Assembly: GCA_965213925.1 (NCBI GenBank)
Contig: OZ243927.1
Coordinates: 2,240,001-2,304,000 of the forward strand
DNA: 64,000 bases
Direction: 5' to 3'
Origin: Trueperaceae bacterium
Lineage (GTDB): Bacteria > Deinococcota > Deinococci > Deinococcales > Trueperaceae
A model generated the notes under the pieces. The model had not been told where the DNA came from, did no database searches, and saw only the letters and a list, made by a program, of their open reading frames with translations. The position numbers and the translations under genes were made by a program. Shown here one piece after another: positions 1 to 11,600 of the stretch (position 1 is its first letter; each line of letters opens with the position of its first letter).

Positions 1-171
1 GCGACATAATTATGACGCCTCCTAAGGATTTGGGCGAGCATACCACTTCTAGTCCCTGCGCGTTAGGCACGAAGAAGGAGGCGTTCGGGGATGACGCGCG
101 GGACGGGCGACGTAGAGGAGCCCTGTCGCCGACAAAAAGGCGAGTGCGGAGCCTGCCCCCAGCTGCTACGT

Positions 172-1323
172 TTACCGCGCGACTAGCCGCCCCCGCGCGA
201 CTTCGGCGATCACCAACGATTCCGGTTGAACCCCCGCGGAGTCACCCTCGTGGTAGTCGTAGACAGCGGCTGCGCCCGTCACGGGTCCGAGCCCTACGAA
301 GGAGTCGCGCAACGCTTGGCGGAGGGCGGCGGTGTTACTGGGCTCGAGTCGGTTGTAAGCGAGCAGCTCTTCGAAGGCGCGCTCAGCGAGCGTCATAGCG
401 TCCCAGGCGTAGCCGCCGGCTGACGTCGGGCGATTCGCCCCTGAGACGGCGCTCAGCGCGGAGATAAAGCGGCGCGTTTCCGGGTAGGTCGGGTGACCGG
501 GCGACACGCTTCCCTCGACGCTCAGCGCGTCGCTCACGGTGAGCGTCCCCCGCAGGTCTGCACGTTCCAACACGTTCGCGTCCTCGTAGACCTCTGGGTT
601 GATATAGACGCGACCTTCATAGCCGCGCCCAGAGAGGGCGTCTACGGCGACGTTCGTGTCCGCCGCATGTCCCCAAACGAGCACCGCGCCAGGCTGCCGT
701 GTGGCGACCCAGAGTGCTTCGGGGGTGAGCGTGCGCACGTCCGGCGCGTAACGCTCCTCCGCGACGAGGCGTACGTCCGAACCTCGGAGAACACCGGCGG
801 CGACATCGCCTAAGGGGCCCTCCAACCCCAACAGGGCTAGGTCGGTTGAGCCTCTAGCGTACTCGTTAAGCACCACCGTGCGAATCTGTGTCTGCCGGTC
901 AGGTACGAGGCTGAAAAGCCAATAGTCCGCGGTGGTACGTTCGAAGGCGTGGGGCGCTAGCGTCAGCACGCCCGCCTCTTGCACGGCGGGCAAGAGGCGC
1001 TCCAACGCCTCCGAGGTCCCGCAACAAAAGAGCGCATGGACGCCGCTCCCTATAAGTTGCGCCGCTCCCGCCGCGGCGTTTGCCGGGCTGCTCCTGTCGT
1101 CCGCGGTGAGAACCTCGACGGACAGCCCCCGCCGCTGCGCGCCCTTCTGCCACGCGCGCAGCGCCGCGTCTTGCGCCTTGCCGAGCGCCGCGTCCGTTCC
1201 CGTAAGGGAGAGTACCGCGCCGACCCGCAGGGTCACGGGTTCAGTCGACGGCGCTTGTGCGAGCGACAAGTTCCCGAGTAAAAGGCAGATGAAAACCGTG
1301 TATCGTCCGAACGAGTACGCCAT
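172..1323 (-). CDS. ABC transporter substrate-binding protein, branched-chain amino acid (LivJ/LivK-like) type
   Basis: Signal peptide; N-terminal 'LRVGAVLSLTG..AALG' and 'DDRSSP..A' motifs typical of type I periplasmic binding proteins. Confidence 0.85.
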   Translation of the reverse strand: MAYSFGRYTVFICLLLGNLSLAQAPSTEPVTLRVGAVLSLTGTDAALGKAQDAALRAWQKGAQRRGLSVEVLTADDRSSPANAAAGAAQLIGSGVHALFCCGTSEALERLLPAVQEAGVLTLAPHAFERTTADYWLFSLVPDRQTQIRTVVLNEYARGSTDLALLGLEGPLGDVAAGVLRGSDVRLVAEERYAPDVRTLTPEALWVATRQPGAVLVWGHAADTNVAVDALSGRGYEGRVYINPEVYEDANVLERADLRGTLTVSDALSVEGSVSPGHPTYPETRRFISALSAVSGANRPTSAGGYAWDAMTLAERAFEELLAYNRLEPSNTAALRQALRDSFVGLGPVTGAAAVYDYHEGDSAGVQPESLVIAEVARGRLVAR

Positions 1324-1524
1324 ACCCGTATTTTTACAGGCGCGCCGCCTAGAGATGTGAAACCTTTGACTTTTTCCTTCACCGGGCGATTAGCATTTGG
1401 CGCTCGAGGGGACGCAAAATTTAGTCCAAGAAAGAGTGACAGGCACGTTCCGCTAGAAGTGTTGACCGAACGTCTCAAAACGCCCAAAAAACGAGAAATT
1501 ACCGTCATAGACATGTCTCCCGGT

Positions 1525-1554
1525 TTGCCCGCTGCGCCCGAAACGTGTTACAAT
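1525..1554 (+). promoter_or_regulatory. Putative sigma70 promoter of gyrB
   Basis: TTGCCC-N18-TACAAT with a TG extended -10 element. Confidence 0.5.
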
Positions 1555-1565
1555 AAAGCGTTTAA

Positions 1566-3605
<2,040 letters not shown>

Positions 3606-3829
3606 GGCTTAGTTGGTGGAAGGAGAGGGCTGTTCAGAAAGCTTGGAGCAGCCCTCACATTGGTCACAATATTCAGTGGAATTCTGCGTTGTAAATCTAT
3701 GAATCAATCTTACTCTTTGGATAACTTTCTACTCAATAAGAGCCTTGAACTGCTTGATGAAATAAGTATCACTGAGCTAAAACGTATATAAATCCTTGAT
3801 GTTATAGATTTTACAGAAGCTGACGTAAG

Positions 3830-3995
3830 TACTCTGTTAATTAAAAAATGAGTGATGTCATTCTGAACGTAAAGAAGTGAAGTGAAAGAATCTCTGCCCT
3901 TGCTGACTCCTCTGCCAGAGAACGAAAGGCGAGACCCTCACGCCTGCGGTCAGGGTGACATCAGTAATAAGTATCATTTCTTACTTAACGTTGTA
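3830..3995 (+). mobile_element. MITE family A, copy 1 (166 bp)
   Basis: Ends TACTCTGTTAA / TTAACGTTGTA; GTAAG duplicated at 3825-3829 and 3996-4000; internal GTCATTCTGA..GAAAGAATCTC..GAGACCC..GGGTGACA shared with two other copies. Confidence 0.8.
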
Positions 3996-4148
3996 GTAAG
4001 AGAAGAGATAATTAACCCAATTCTGAGGATTATGGGTCACAGAACGCCTGCGGCTCAGGGTGACATCAGTAATAAGTATCATTTCTTACTTAACGTTGTA
4101 GTAAGAGAAGAGATAATTAACCCAATTCTGAGGATTATGGGTCACAGA
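3940..4148 (+). repeat. About 105-bp direct tandem duplication
   Basis: 3940-4043 is repeated at 4044-4148 with a one-base indel. Confidence 0.9.
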
Positions 4149-5703
4149 AAGGGAGACTTCTCCTCAGTAGATAGAGAGAAGCACATTTCTTTTGCAGGCA
4201 AAACCAGCAAGTACATTGATTACAACTTAACACTTTGGGAAAGTAATTTTTGACTTGTTGAAGCTAAGCGACCAAATCTGAACCGCAAAACATTCGATTA
4301 TAAAGACCTTAGTCAAGCGGTAGAGTACGCCGCACATCCCGAAATAGATGCTGCTCTGGTCGTACTATGTGATGGTTACAAGATTGAACTCTTTGATAGA
4401 GAAGTAAATCTTGTTGAACCTGTTTTCAACATTTTAATATCCGAAATAGCCCAAAATTTTGATCAACTCCGCAGGGTACTTTCTCCTATCAACTTATGGT
4501 TTTTCTACAAACGGAGAGTGATTCGTGCGATAGATAGAGCTTTTGATCACGAAATGAATCAGAGTCGAGTAGTTGAGTTTCAGCAAATTGTTGAGAAGCG
4601 GCTAAGCGAGAAACGTTCTATAATTCTCTAAAACTTTCAATCCATGAATTTATTAGAAAAAGATGATTATGCGCAGCATTTAGCTGAGGCTTCTATAGAC
4701 GAAATTGTAGACATTCACTTTTTCATTTTGCAAGCGCTCAGCAATATAGCTACTATGACTGAACAACTCGTTTCATCTTGTGTAAGTAAGTGGTCGTTTC
4801 CTGTTCTTCGCAAAGTTTTTCCTGATGATCCTAGAGACGTGAACGACTATTTTTACATGCACGCCTTACATTTCCTGATAGAACTAGAGAAAGTAGATGT
4901 AGATATAAATTGGCTTCCCTCGTGGCTCACAAGTAATTGGAGTTCGCCATCGGCGCTGCATGTTTCGATTAAACGCTTGATACACCTATGCTTGACATAC
5001 TTCGATCAGGATGAACCGCGTAAGGCTATCTTATTAGCTTCGAATACGTATAGAAGAATATTTAAGCTGCTTGCGATGACTCTTCCACATCAAAAGAAGG
5101 CAGCAGAGATAGAACATATCTTAACTCGCTACTTTGCTGCCGAACTATCCTGGTAGCAGATTATATCTTCCCCCGAGCGACATGCGATACTGAATTGGGA
5201 ACGGCTTGCTGTGATTCAAACTAATGGATTTACTAAGAAACACTTGAATGAGTCACATTCTTTCAATATCCACCGAGCGAAACAAGACCTTAAAGAGTTT
5301 TGGAAGCTTGAGAAAGTTTTACTTAGTAATCTAGGGAATTACAGAGCACTTAGTAAAGAGTACGGTTTTGGGGAAATATACTCGACCTCATCTTCAGCAA
5401 TTATTTGGGATGATTTAGGACACGGTGCATTGTGTGTAGTCAAAGCGTTTCCTGACTGGCGCGACTATCTATTATCAGAATATAGAGACGAACTTCAGGT
5501 TCTAGTCGATATGCGCTCTTGGGCTGCTTACGAAATTTTAGATTTAGACAAGGAGCCGCACTTGCCTGCTTCGGTAAATGAAGAGTTATTAGCTAACCAA
5601 TTTTTCTTTGGAGATATTGAAACGATGAGGGAGCTTAGAAGAGCGTATCAAATTTGAATTCCTACCTACGTCTAATCACCTTGTATCCTGTAAGCCAAGG
5701 AGA

Positions 5704-5934
5704 ATGATGCTCCAAGAACACGATACTGTAGTGCTAGTGCGCGACCTACCCGCGCTCGGTTTGGAGCGAGGCGACGTTGGAGCGGTCATTCACATTTATG
5801 ATGATCAGGCTGCCGTGGAAGTGGAGTTCGTTTCTGGTGCTGGGGCGACAGTGGCAGTAGAGACGCTGGCGCTGGAGGACGTGCGTCCGCTTGCTCGAGG
5901 CGAAATCTTACACGTGAGGGTCATGGCTGCGTAA
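5704..5934 (+). CDS. DUF4926 family protein
   Basis: 'EHDTVVLVRDLP..GL.RGDVGAVIH....VEVEF' pattern; AAGGAG RBS. Confidence 0.8.
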   Translation: MMLQEHDTVVLVRDLPALGLERGDVGAVIHIYDDQAAVEVEFVSGAGATVAVETLALEDVRPLARGEILHVRVMAA

Positions 5935-6047
5935 CGAGGTGTTGCAAAAGAATGCAATAGGCTCGCTATCTCAACGACCCTCGAGCCAAAAACAAGGACA
6001 GGAACCTGCAAGTCCCTGTCCTCTAGCTGAGCGCTAATCCTTAAAGC

Positions 6048-8615
6048 TTACTCGTTCACCTCATCATGATGGTCATGTCCTTCATCAGAGACCGCTTGCG
6101 TACCCACAGAGGTTGACTCCAAAGGCGCACTTAAAATCTCCTCGACATCCCCCGCCGCCAAAATCGCCACCGCGTACGCCACCGCGTCGGAGTTTTGGTC
6201 GAACGCTTCTAAGCTGATGTTGTCGAAGGTATCGCACGCCTCGTGGTAGCAGGGGTCGTACTGGTCGCCTACCGTGCCGCCATAGATCGCTTGCTCTTCT
6301 TCGGTCTTGATGCCTTCCGCCCCGGTGAAAAGACCGCCTGCCGGGATGCCGTTGTTGATAAACGCCTGATAGTCGCTCCGCCCGCTGAATTCCACATCTT
6401 GGTACGCAAGCTCGTTCTCTTCGTAGAAGGTCTCGAAGATTTTCTCGAGCTGCTGTGAGCCTGCGGGCACGGGCACGGGCGCTTCGAAGGTGGACTGGTT
6501 GCCGTCGTAAACGCCGCGAATGAAGTTCGGCGAGCCGATCATGTCGAAGTTGAGGTACAAGGCGATGTCTTCTAAAGCTTCGGGGTCGTTCTCGACCAAG
6601 TCATTCACGTAGAACGTCGAGCCGATGAGCCCCGACTCCTCAGCGCTCCACCAGGCGAAGCGGACCTTGTTGTTAAGTAAAATCGCGTCTTCGTCGTTCA
6701 CGCCGAACTGCTCCGCCATCTGCAGGGCGATCTCTAAAATCGCTGCCGAGCCGGTGCCGTTGTCCTGAATGCCGGGACCTTCGATGACCGAGTCCAGGTG
6801 TGCACCCGCCATGACCACCGTTTCGGGGTCGCCCGCCACGCTCTCGGCGATCACGTTGCGTGTGGTGAGGGTTTCGCGCAGGGCGTCGGTTAAGATGCGC
6901 AGTTCTAAGCCCTCTTCTATGAGGTCGTTAAAGGTAACGCCGAGGTCGTACGAGGTGCTCAGCACGGGGATGGTGGTGATGGTCTCGCTGGTTAGCGTGC
7001 CGCCGAACAGCTCGGTGCGCTCCGCGTCGTTGCCCTGGTTAAAGATGATGACGGCTGACGCGCCCACCGCTTCTGCCTGCTCCGCCTTGGTTTGAAAGGC
7101 GCATGCGCCGCGCTGAATAAGCGCGATATTCCCTTCGGGGAAGTCTACGAAGTCTTCCGCTTCGCAGCCGGAGGTGGAGGTGTTGCCTTCGCCCAAGTCG
7201 AGGTCTACGGCGGTGACTTGGGCGGTCACGTCGCCGCTACCCGAGTAGCTCTGGATGGCGAAGTCTTCGTTGTTCACATACGTCACCTCGTCGGGCGCGA
7301 CTTGCTCCAATTCAGAGTCGACGTTCTCCACGAAGGCGGGATAGTCGAACTCTTGATATTCGACGTCGTAGCCTGCCTCGTCTAAGAGGGTGTAGACGTA
7401 CTCAGCCGACAGCTCGTAGCCGGGTAGACCGGCGTAGCGGTTGCCGCCGTTTTCGTCCGCGATGGCTTGCCACGCAGCTTGATGCGCACGTAAGCCCTCG
7501 AGGGTTACCGCTTCTTGGAGCAAGGCGGCGAGGTCGGCACCGCCTGGCGCGCTCACCTGCAACTCGGCGCGGTTTTCGTTGGCAGCGTTGTCATAGGCGA
7601 GAACGATGAGACGGTAGTCGCGGAGCCTGTCGGGGTTGATCTCATAGCTCCAGGTGTTAGGCGTGACGCCCGTGTCGAGTTCCGCTTCGCCCAAAAGAAC
7701 CGGACCGTCGTAAATCTCGACGCGGTCGACGCCGGTCTGCAAGTCGTTGACTTCGCCTGCAAGGGTAAACGCGCCGCTAAAGGGTGCACCCGCTTCGGGG
7801 CTAGTGATAGAGATGAAGGGTGGGACGAGGTCGACACCGACGCTCGTACCTGCGCAGGTGGTGCTGAGCGGGATGGTGATAGAGGCGGTTGTTTCCCCTT
7901 CGGAGCTGACGTCGCCCGATTCGTCGAACACGCCGACGGCAACGGTCACCTCGTCGCATTCCGCCACGAGTCTCACGCCCAGGTTGCTCTCGCTCAGGAT
8001 GGTACCCTCGCCGTCTCCGCTGAACACTTCCCAGTTGTTAATGCTGTAGTCCGAGGCGGGCAAACGCAAGTCGGGGCGACCCCGCGGTGAAACCTCTAAA
8101 AATACGTCGAAGATTTCGTTGGGTACGACCTCCTCAGGCGCGCTCAATTTAACGTCACCTACGATACCCGTGAGCGGCACGGTGATCTCGCTACCGTCAG
8201 CAACGGTGGCGTTGAGTAGACCGTAGGCAAGAGGAAACGCTGCTGCTACAAAGGTGTAGTCGCCTGGGGGAATAAAGAGGGTCGCGCTGGGGTCGCTCTT
8301 CGTGAGCGTCTGTGTGACCGCGTCTTCTTCTGCGACTAGGTTACCGTCGGCGTCGAAGAAAAGCTCTTCTCCGTCCACATCGTCAACAGTTCCTTTGAAA
8401 ACGCGTAGCTCCGCGTTCTCGACCCCTGACTCACCCGTTTCTGGGTCGTAAGGGACGCCTTGAGCGGACAGCTCAGCACCGGACGCCCCAAAGTTTGTAC
8501 CGATAGAGATAGCAATGGTGCCTTCGGGCGCGGTGTAGAGGTCGGATTCTTCGTTACAAGCGGCTAGAAAGACGAGTAGTAAACTACATAGAACAGCGTG
8601 AACGGCGCGCTTCAT
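6048..8615 (-). CDS. Lipoprotein: N-terminal beta-rich/Ig-like region plus M28 aminopeptidase with PA domain
   Basis: Lipobox LAAC; M28 zinc motifs AHLDS, DNGTG, AEESGL, NFDM and YH; PA domain 'IALIQRGAC.F..K'. Confidence 0.88.
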   Translation of the reverse strand: MKRAVHAVLCSLLLVFLAACNEESDLYTAPEGTIAISIGTNFGASGAELSAQGVPYDPETGESGVENAELRVFKGTVDDVDGEELFFDADGNLVAEEDAVTQTLTKSDPSATLFIPPGDYTFVAAAFPLAYGLLNATVADGSEITVPLTGIVGDVKLSAPEEVVPNEIFDVFLEVSPRGRPDLRLPASDYSINNWEVFSGDGEGTILSESNLGVRLVAECDEVTVAVGVFDESGDVSSEGETTASITIPLSTTCAGTSVGVDLVPPFISITSPEAGAPFSGAFTLAGEVNDLQTGVDRVEIYDGPVLLGEAELDTGVTPNTWSYEINPDRLRDYRLIVLAYDNAANENRAELQVSAPGGADLAALLQEAVTLEGLRAHQAAWQAIADENGGNRYAGLPGYELSAEYVYTLLDEAGYDVEYQEFDYPAFVENVDSELEQVAPDEVTYVNNEDFAIQSYSGSGDVTAQVTAVDLDLGEGNTSTSGCEAEDFVDFPEGNIALIQRGACAFQTKAEQAEAVGASAVIIFNQGNDAERTELFGGTLTSETITTIPVLSTSYDLGVTFNDLIEEGLELRILTDALRETLTTRNVIAESVAGDPETVVMAGAHLDSVIEGPGIQDNGTGSAAILEIALQMAEQFGVNDEDAILLNNKVRFAWWSAEESGLIGSTFYVNDLVENDPEALEDIALYLNFDMIGSPNFIRGVYDGNQSTFEAPVPVPAGSQQLEKIFETFYEENELAYQDVEFSGRSDYQAFINNGIPAGGLFTGAEGIKTEEEQAIYGGTVGDQYDPCYHEACDTFDNISLEAFDQNSDAVAYAVAILAAGDVEEILSAPLESTSVGTQAVSDEGHDHHDEVNE

Positions 8616-8877
8616 GCAGGGTCCTTTCTCAAGCTGAAGTCATAGTTATGGTCGAGACGTGAAGTTGCAATACCGGATTGAGTATGCAGCACGAGTATTT
8701 CCGTGCGGCGTCTCGAGCGGCGTCCGCTAAGCTAAGGGACTCCTGAACACATATGCCAACCTCCCATTCTTTATCTACTTCATCGGAAGATAACAAATTT
8801 CTCACATCTTTGCAAAAGGAAAGGGTGTTTAATAAGGGTTGCCCTGCGGCTATCAGCTCTAAAGTACACAGGTGTGG

Positions 8878-8990
8878 TAGCAAGTATACCCGCTGAAGCA
8901 GGGCACTTTCATCTGTTTACAAACGCTCTTGGTCAATACAGCAATGGCTAGCACGCACCCTAAAGGATGACATCCGCGTGACACAACCTC
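8878..8990 (-). repeat. Dispersed repeat family C, copy
   Basis: Core TCATC-N7-GTGCGTGCTA at 8970-8949; aligns with the 31155-31276 copy over about 110 bp. Confidence 0.65.
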
Positions 8991-9167
8991 AGTGGTTATG
9001 CAAAACGTTCCAAAACCTAAGATACTGTTCTGCTTAAGAAAACAGCCTGAGCAAGCCCTGTCTTGCTAACGGTCTCGCAGACCCAGTAGAAAAGCGGGCT
9101 TTGCTCAGGTTCGCTTAGCTGAAGTCTAAACCCTATAAGACTTGAACTTCCTATACAAGAAACAAGG

Positions 9168-9255
9168 ACGGATTCCGATGAGCTTCACGTCAGTACTTCC
9201 GCAGGAAACGGAAGAAGCTCTGCAAGAGTTTATGCAGTAATCAATCGGAATCCGT
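9168..9255. mobile_element. MITE-like family B, copy 1
   Basis: Perfect 12-bp terminal inverted repeat ACGGATTCCGAT; internal GAGTTTATGCAGTAATCA shared with 39587-39651. Confidence 0.75.
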
Positions 9256-9478
9256 GTTACTACAGCCGCACTTAACCGAATAAAGAACTCCGCTGCGAAT
9301 AGCTCGAGTTCTGCCCCTTCCCAATTCTCTCCCGCTTCAGCCCACGCTGCGTCCGCCTTTTTCGTGGAGGTAGAGATGAGGGTTCAAGGGGTCGACGTAC
9401 ATAGCAATGAGCACATCCGACATCGGCTCATCAAAGGTCACGGGGTAAACGTCGTAGAAGACACCTCTTTATTGACGC

Positions 9479-11425
9479 TCAAACAAGCCAGAGCCGCGCA
9501 TAGGGCGCTAAAACTAAACCGTCGCCCGAAAAGGTCACGAACGCCTGCTCCAACACGTCGAACGCACCGTCCAGACCTTGTTCGGAAAGCAGGCGCTTAG
9601 AGACCCACTGCTGCTCTTCTGAAAAGTTATAGATCGCCACGAGCGCCCCTAGTGGATGCGAGCGGCTGTAGGCGAAGAGGTGCGGGTTGCCGCTGTCCAA
9701 AATATCGTTCGCGTATGAAGCGTGAAACTGCGGCGTGCGCTTTCTGGCGCGGGCGATATTTTGGGTACCAGTGAAGACTCGAGCCTCCACGCTCCCCGGC
9801 TCACGCCGCCGCGCCGCCGCGTCCCAGTCCATATAAGGGCGGTGGACCCAGCGGTTGTCGCCCGGATGTTCTTGCACGTAATCGTAGTCGTTAAGCAGCC
9901 CAAGTTCGTCGCCCATGTAGAGGAGCGGAATCCCGCCGAAGCCCGCCATGAGCGCGTGGCCCAGTAGGATGCGTTCGATAGAGAGGGCGATGAGGTGTTC
10001 GTCTCGTTGCTCTAGGGCGAGTTCTAAACCCGCCAAACTTGCGAAACTCCCCGAGACGCGCCGGTCGTTCGTCTCAGGGTTAAACTGGAAGACTTCGCCT
10101 CGAGCGTGCGAGCCTTCAAACTGACCCGAGTAGTAATCGGACAAAAACGAGCGGTGCATCGCGCCGTTTAGGCCCACCGCCGCCGCGTCCTCTTCGGTCA
10201 CTGCCCAGCCGATGTCGTCGTGGCATCTTATATAGGTTCCCCACGCAACCCGCGCGGACGGACGCGGAAAGCGCCCCAAGGTGTGCGTCATCAGGCGCGT
10301 GTCGCGGCTAGCCAATGAGGACCAAAACTGCACCATCAGCGAGTTGTGGTAGGCGATGTTCGAAACCTTGCCGTAGCGCTTGCCCGTGCCGAAGTAGTGG
10401 ATGAGGTCGTCCGGTGAGACGATGGCTTCGGCTTTGTGGGCGACGGCGGGCGCGGCGATGCGCGAGCACGCCCGGAGTGCCTGCAAAATATCGTGGACTT
10501 CGGGCTGATTTTGACAGTCCGTGCCGAGCCGCTTCCACATAAAGGCAACGGCGTCTAAACGGAAAATCTCGACGCCCTTGTTCGCCAAAAAGAACAAAAT
10601 ATCGACGATTTCCACGAAGATATCGGGGTTGCTCCAGTTCAAATCCCACTGGTACTCATTAAAGGTCGTCCAGACCCAGCCCAGCTCGGGGTAATATGAA
10701 AAGTTACCGGGGGCGAAGTCGGGGAAGACTTCGGGCAGCGTTTTTTCGTACTCGTCGGGTATGGCGCGGTCGCCGTAGATGTAAAAGTAGTTTTGATACT
10801 TCTTCTCTCCAGCCCTTGCCCGCTGCGCCCACTCGTGCTCTTTGGCGCAGTGGTTGAGCACCAAATCCAAACAGACGCTAATCCCTCTGCCTCGCAGCGT
10901 GCGGCACACCTTCTCTAAATCATCTACTGTACCGAGTTCCGGCTCGACCGCTCGGTAGTTTTCGACTGCGTAGCCGCCGTCATTCTCACCCTTACGCGCC
11001 TTGATAGTCTTCATCAGGTGGAGGTAGTTCGCGCCGATGTCTTCGATGTAGTCCAGGTGCTCCCCTATCCCTTGCAGCGTCCCGGTAAAGCGCTCTACAT
11101 AGAAGACGTAGCCCATCATGCTCTCGCGCTGGAACCAGTCAGGGGAGAGGTCGCGCTCTATGTCGAGCACCTTCAAATCTTCGGGGCGCTCAGTGTAGTG
11201 TTCGGCTAAGCGGAGGACCAGGCGCTCCATTACCTTAGCGAAGTCGCCGCGTTTGGCGTAGAGCGGTTCTAAGCCGTCGAAGAGGTTTTGAAAGTAGCGT
11301 GCCAAGCGCAGTTTGAAAATCTGCTGGTCGCGCTCGGCTAAACCCTGAAGAGGTTCGTCTAGCTTAGGCAGCAAGGCGTCAAAGTGTCTTTTTGCGTCGG
11401 GTGTAAGGTGGAGGGCGCTCTGCAT
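9479..11425 (-). CDS. Amylosucrase / sucrose-active GH13 glycoside hydrolase
   Basis: GH13_4-type motifs DGGYAV, FRLDAVAF, KAEAIV, YIRCHDDIGW and DNRWVHRP. Confidence 0.88.
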   Translation of the reverse strand: MQSALHLTPDAKRHFDALLPKLDEPLQGLAERDQQIFKLRLARYFQNLFDGLEPLYAKRGDFAKVMERLVLRLAEHYTERPEDLKVLDIERDLSPDWFQRESMMGYVFYVERFTGTLQGIGEHLDYIEDIGANYLHLMKTIKARKGENDGGYAVENYRAVEPELGTVDDLEKVCRTLRGRGISVCLDLVLNHCAKEHEWAQRARAGEKKYQNYFYIYGDRAIPDEYEKTLPEVFPDFAPGNFSYYPELGWVWTTFNEYQWDLNWSNPDIFVEIVDILFFLANKGVEIFRLDAVAFMWKRLGTDCQNQPEVHDILQALRACSRIAAPAVAHKAEAIVSPDDLIHYFGTGKRYGKVSNIAYHNSLMVQFWSSLASRDTRLMTHTLGRFPRPSARVAWGTYIRCHDDIGWAVTEEDAAAVGLNGAMHRSFLSDYYSGQFEGSHARGEVFQFNPETNDRRVSGSFASLAGLELALEQRDEHLIALSIERILLGHALMAGFGGIPLLYMGDELGLLNDYDYVQEHPGDNRWVHRPYMDWDAAARRREPGSVEARVFTGTQNIARARKRTPQFHASYANDILDSGNPHLFAYSRSHPLGALVAIYNFSEEQQWVSKRLLSEQGLDGAFDVLEQAFVTFSGDGLVLAPYARLWLV

Positions 11426-11600
11426 TGCCTTTCGTTATACCAACTAATTGCACCGTAGCTCGAGACTTAGCGGTTCGTATTCCATTTACAACTGTGACTC
11501 TGGCGATAGTCACTGAGGAGGTCAGTATCTTCAAATAAATACCGGAAGTAAGAGACCGAAATTCGGGGCTCGAACGTAAGATACTCGAGGGGGGTAAAGC

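Larger units (their letters stand above)
3699..5657 (+). pseudogene. Disrupted gene for a PD-(D/E)xK nuclease of the type I restriction HsdR N-terminal domain type with a long C-terminal region
   Basis: Low-GC stretch. One frame reads ..FTEADV|REEIINPILRIMG..IDY..LVEAKR..QAVEYA..VLCDG. In-frame stops at 3789, 4251, 4629 and 5154, a MITE insertion at 3830-3995 and a tandem duplication. Confidence 0.75.

Noticed and set aside
1..42. Start of a minus-strand gene at position 7 (AGGAGG RBS, TATGCT -10)
   Set aside because: Only two codons lie in the window, so it cannot be identified
3699..5657. Stop-codon recoding as an explanation for the in-frame stops
   Set aside because: All three stop types occur, a MITE also interrupts the gene, and neighbouring genes use the standard code
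9330..9470. Possible gene remnant on the minus strand (..FYDVYPVTF..DPLNPHLYL..)
   Set aside because: Too short, with no clear start; the resemblance to a protease accessory domain cannot be supported
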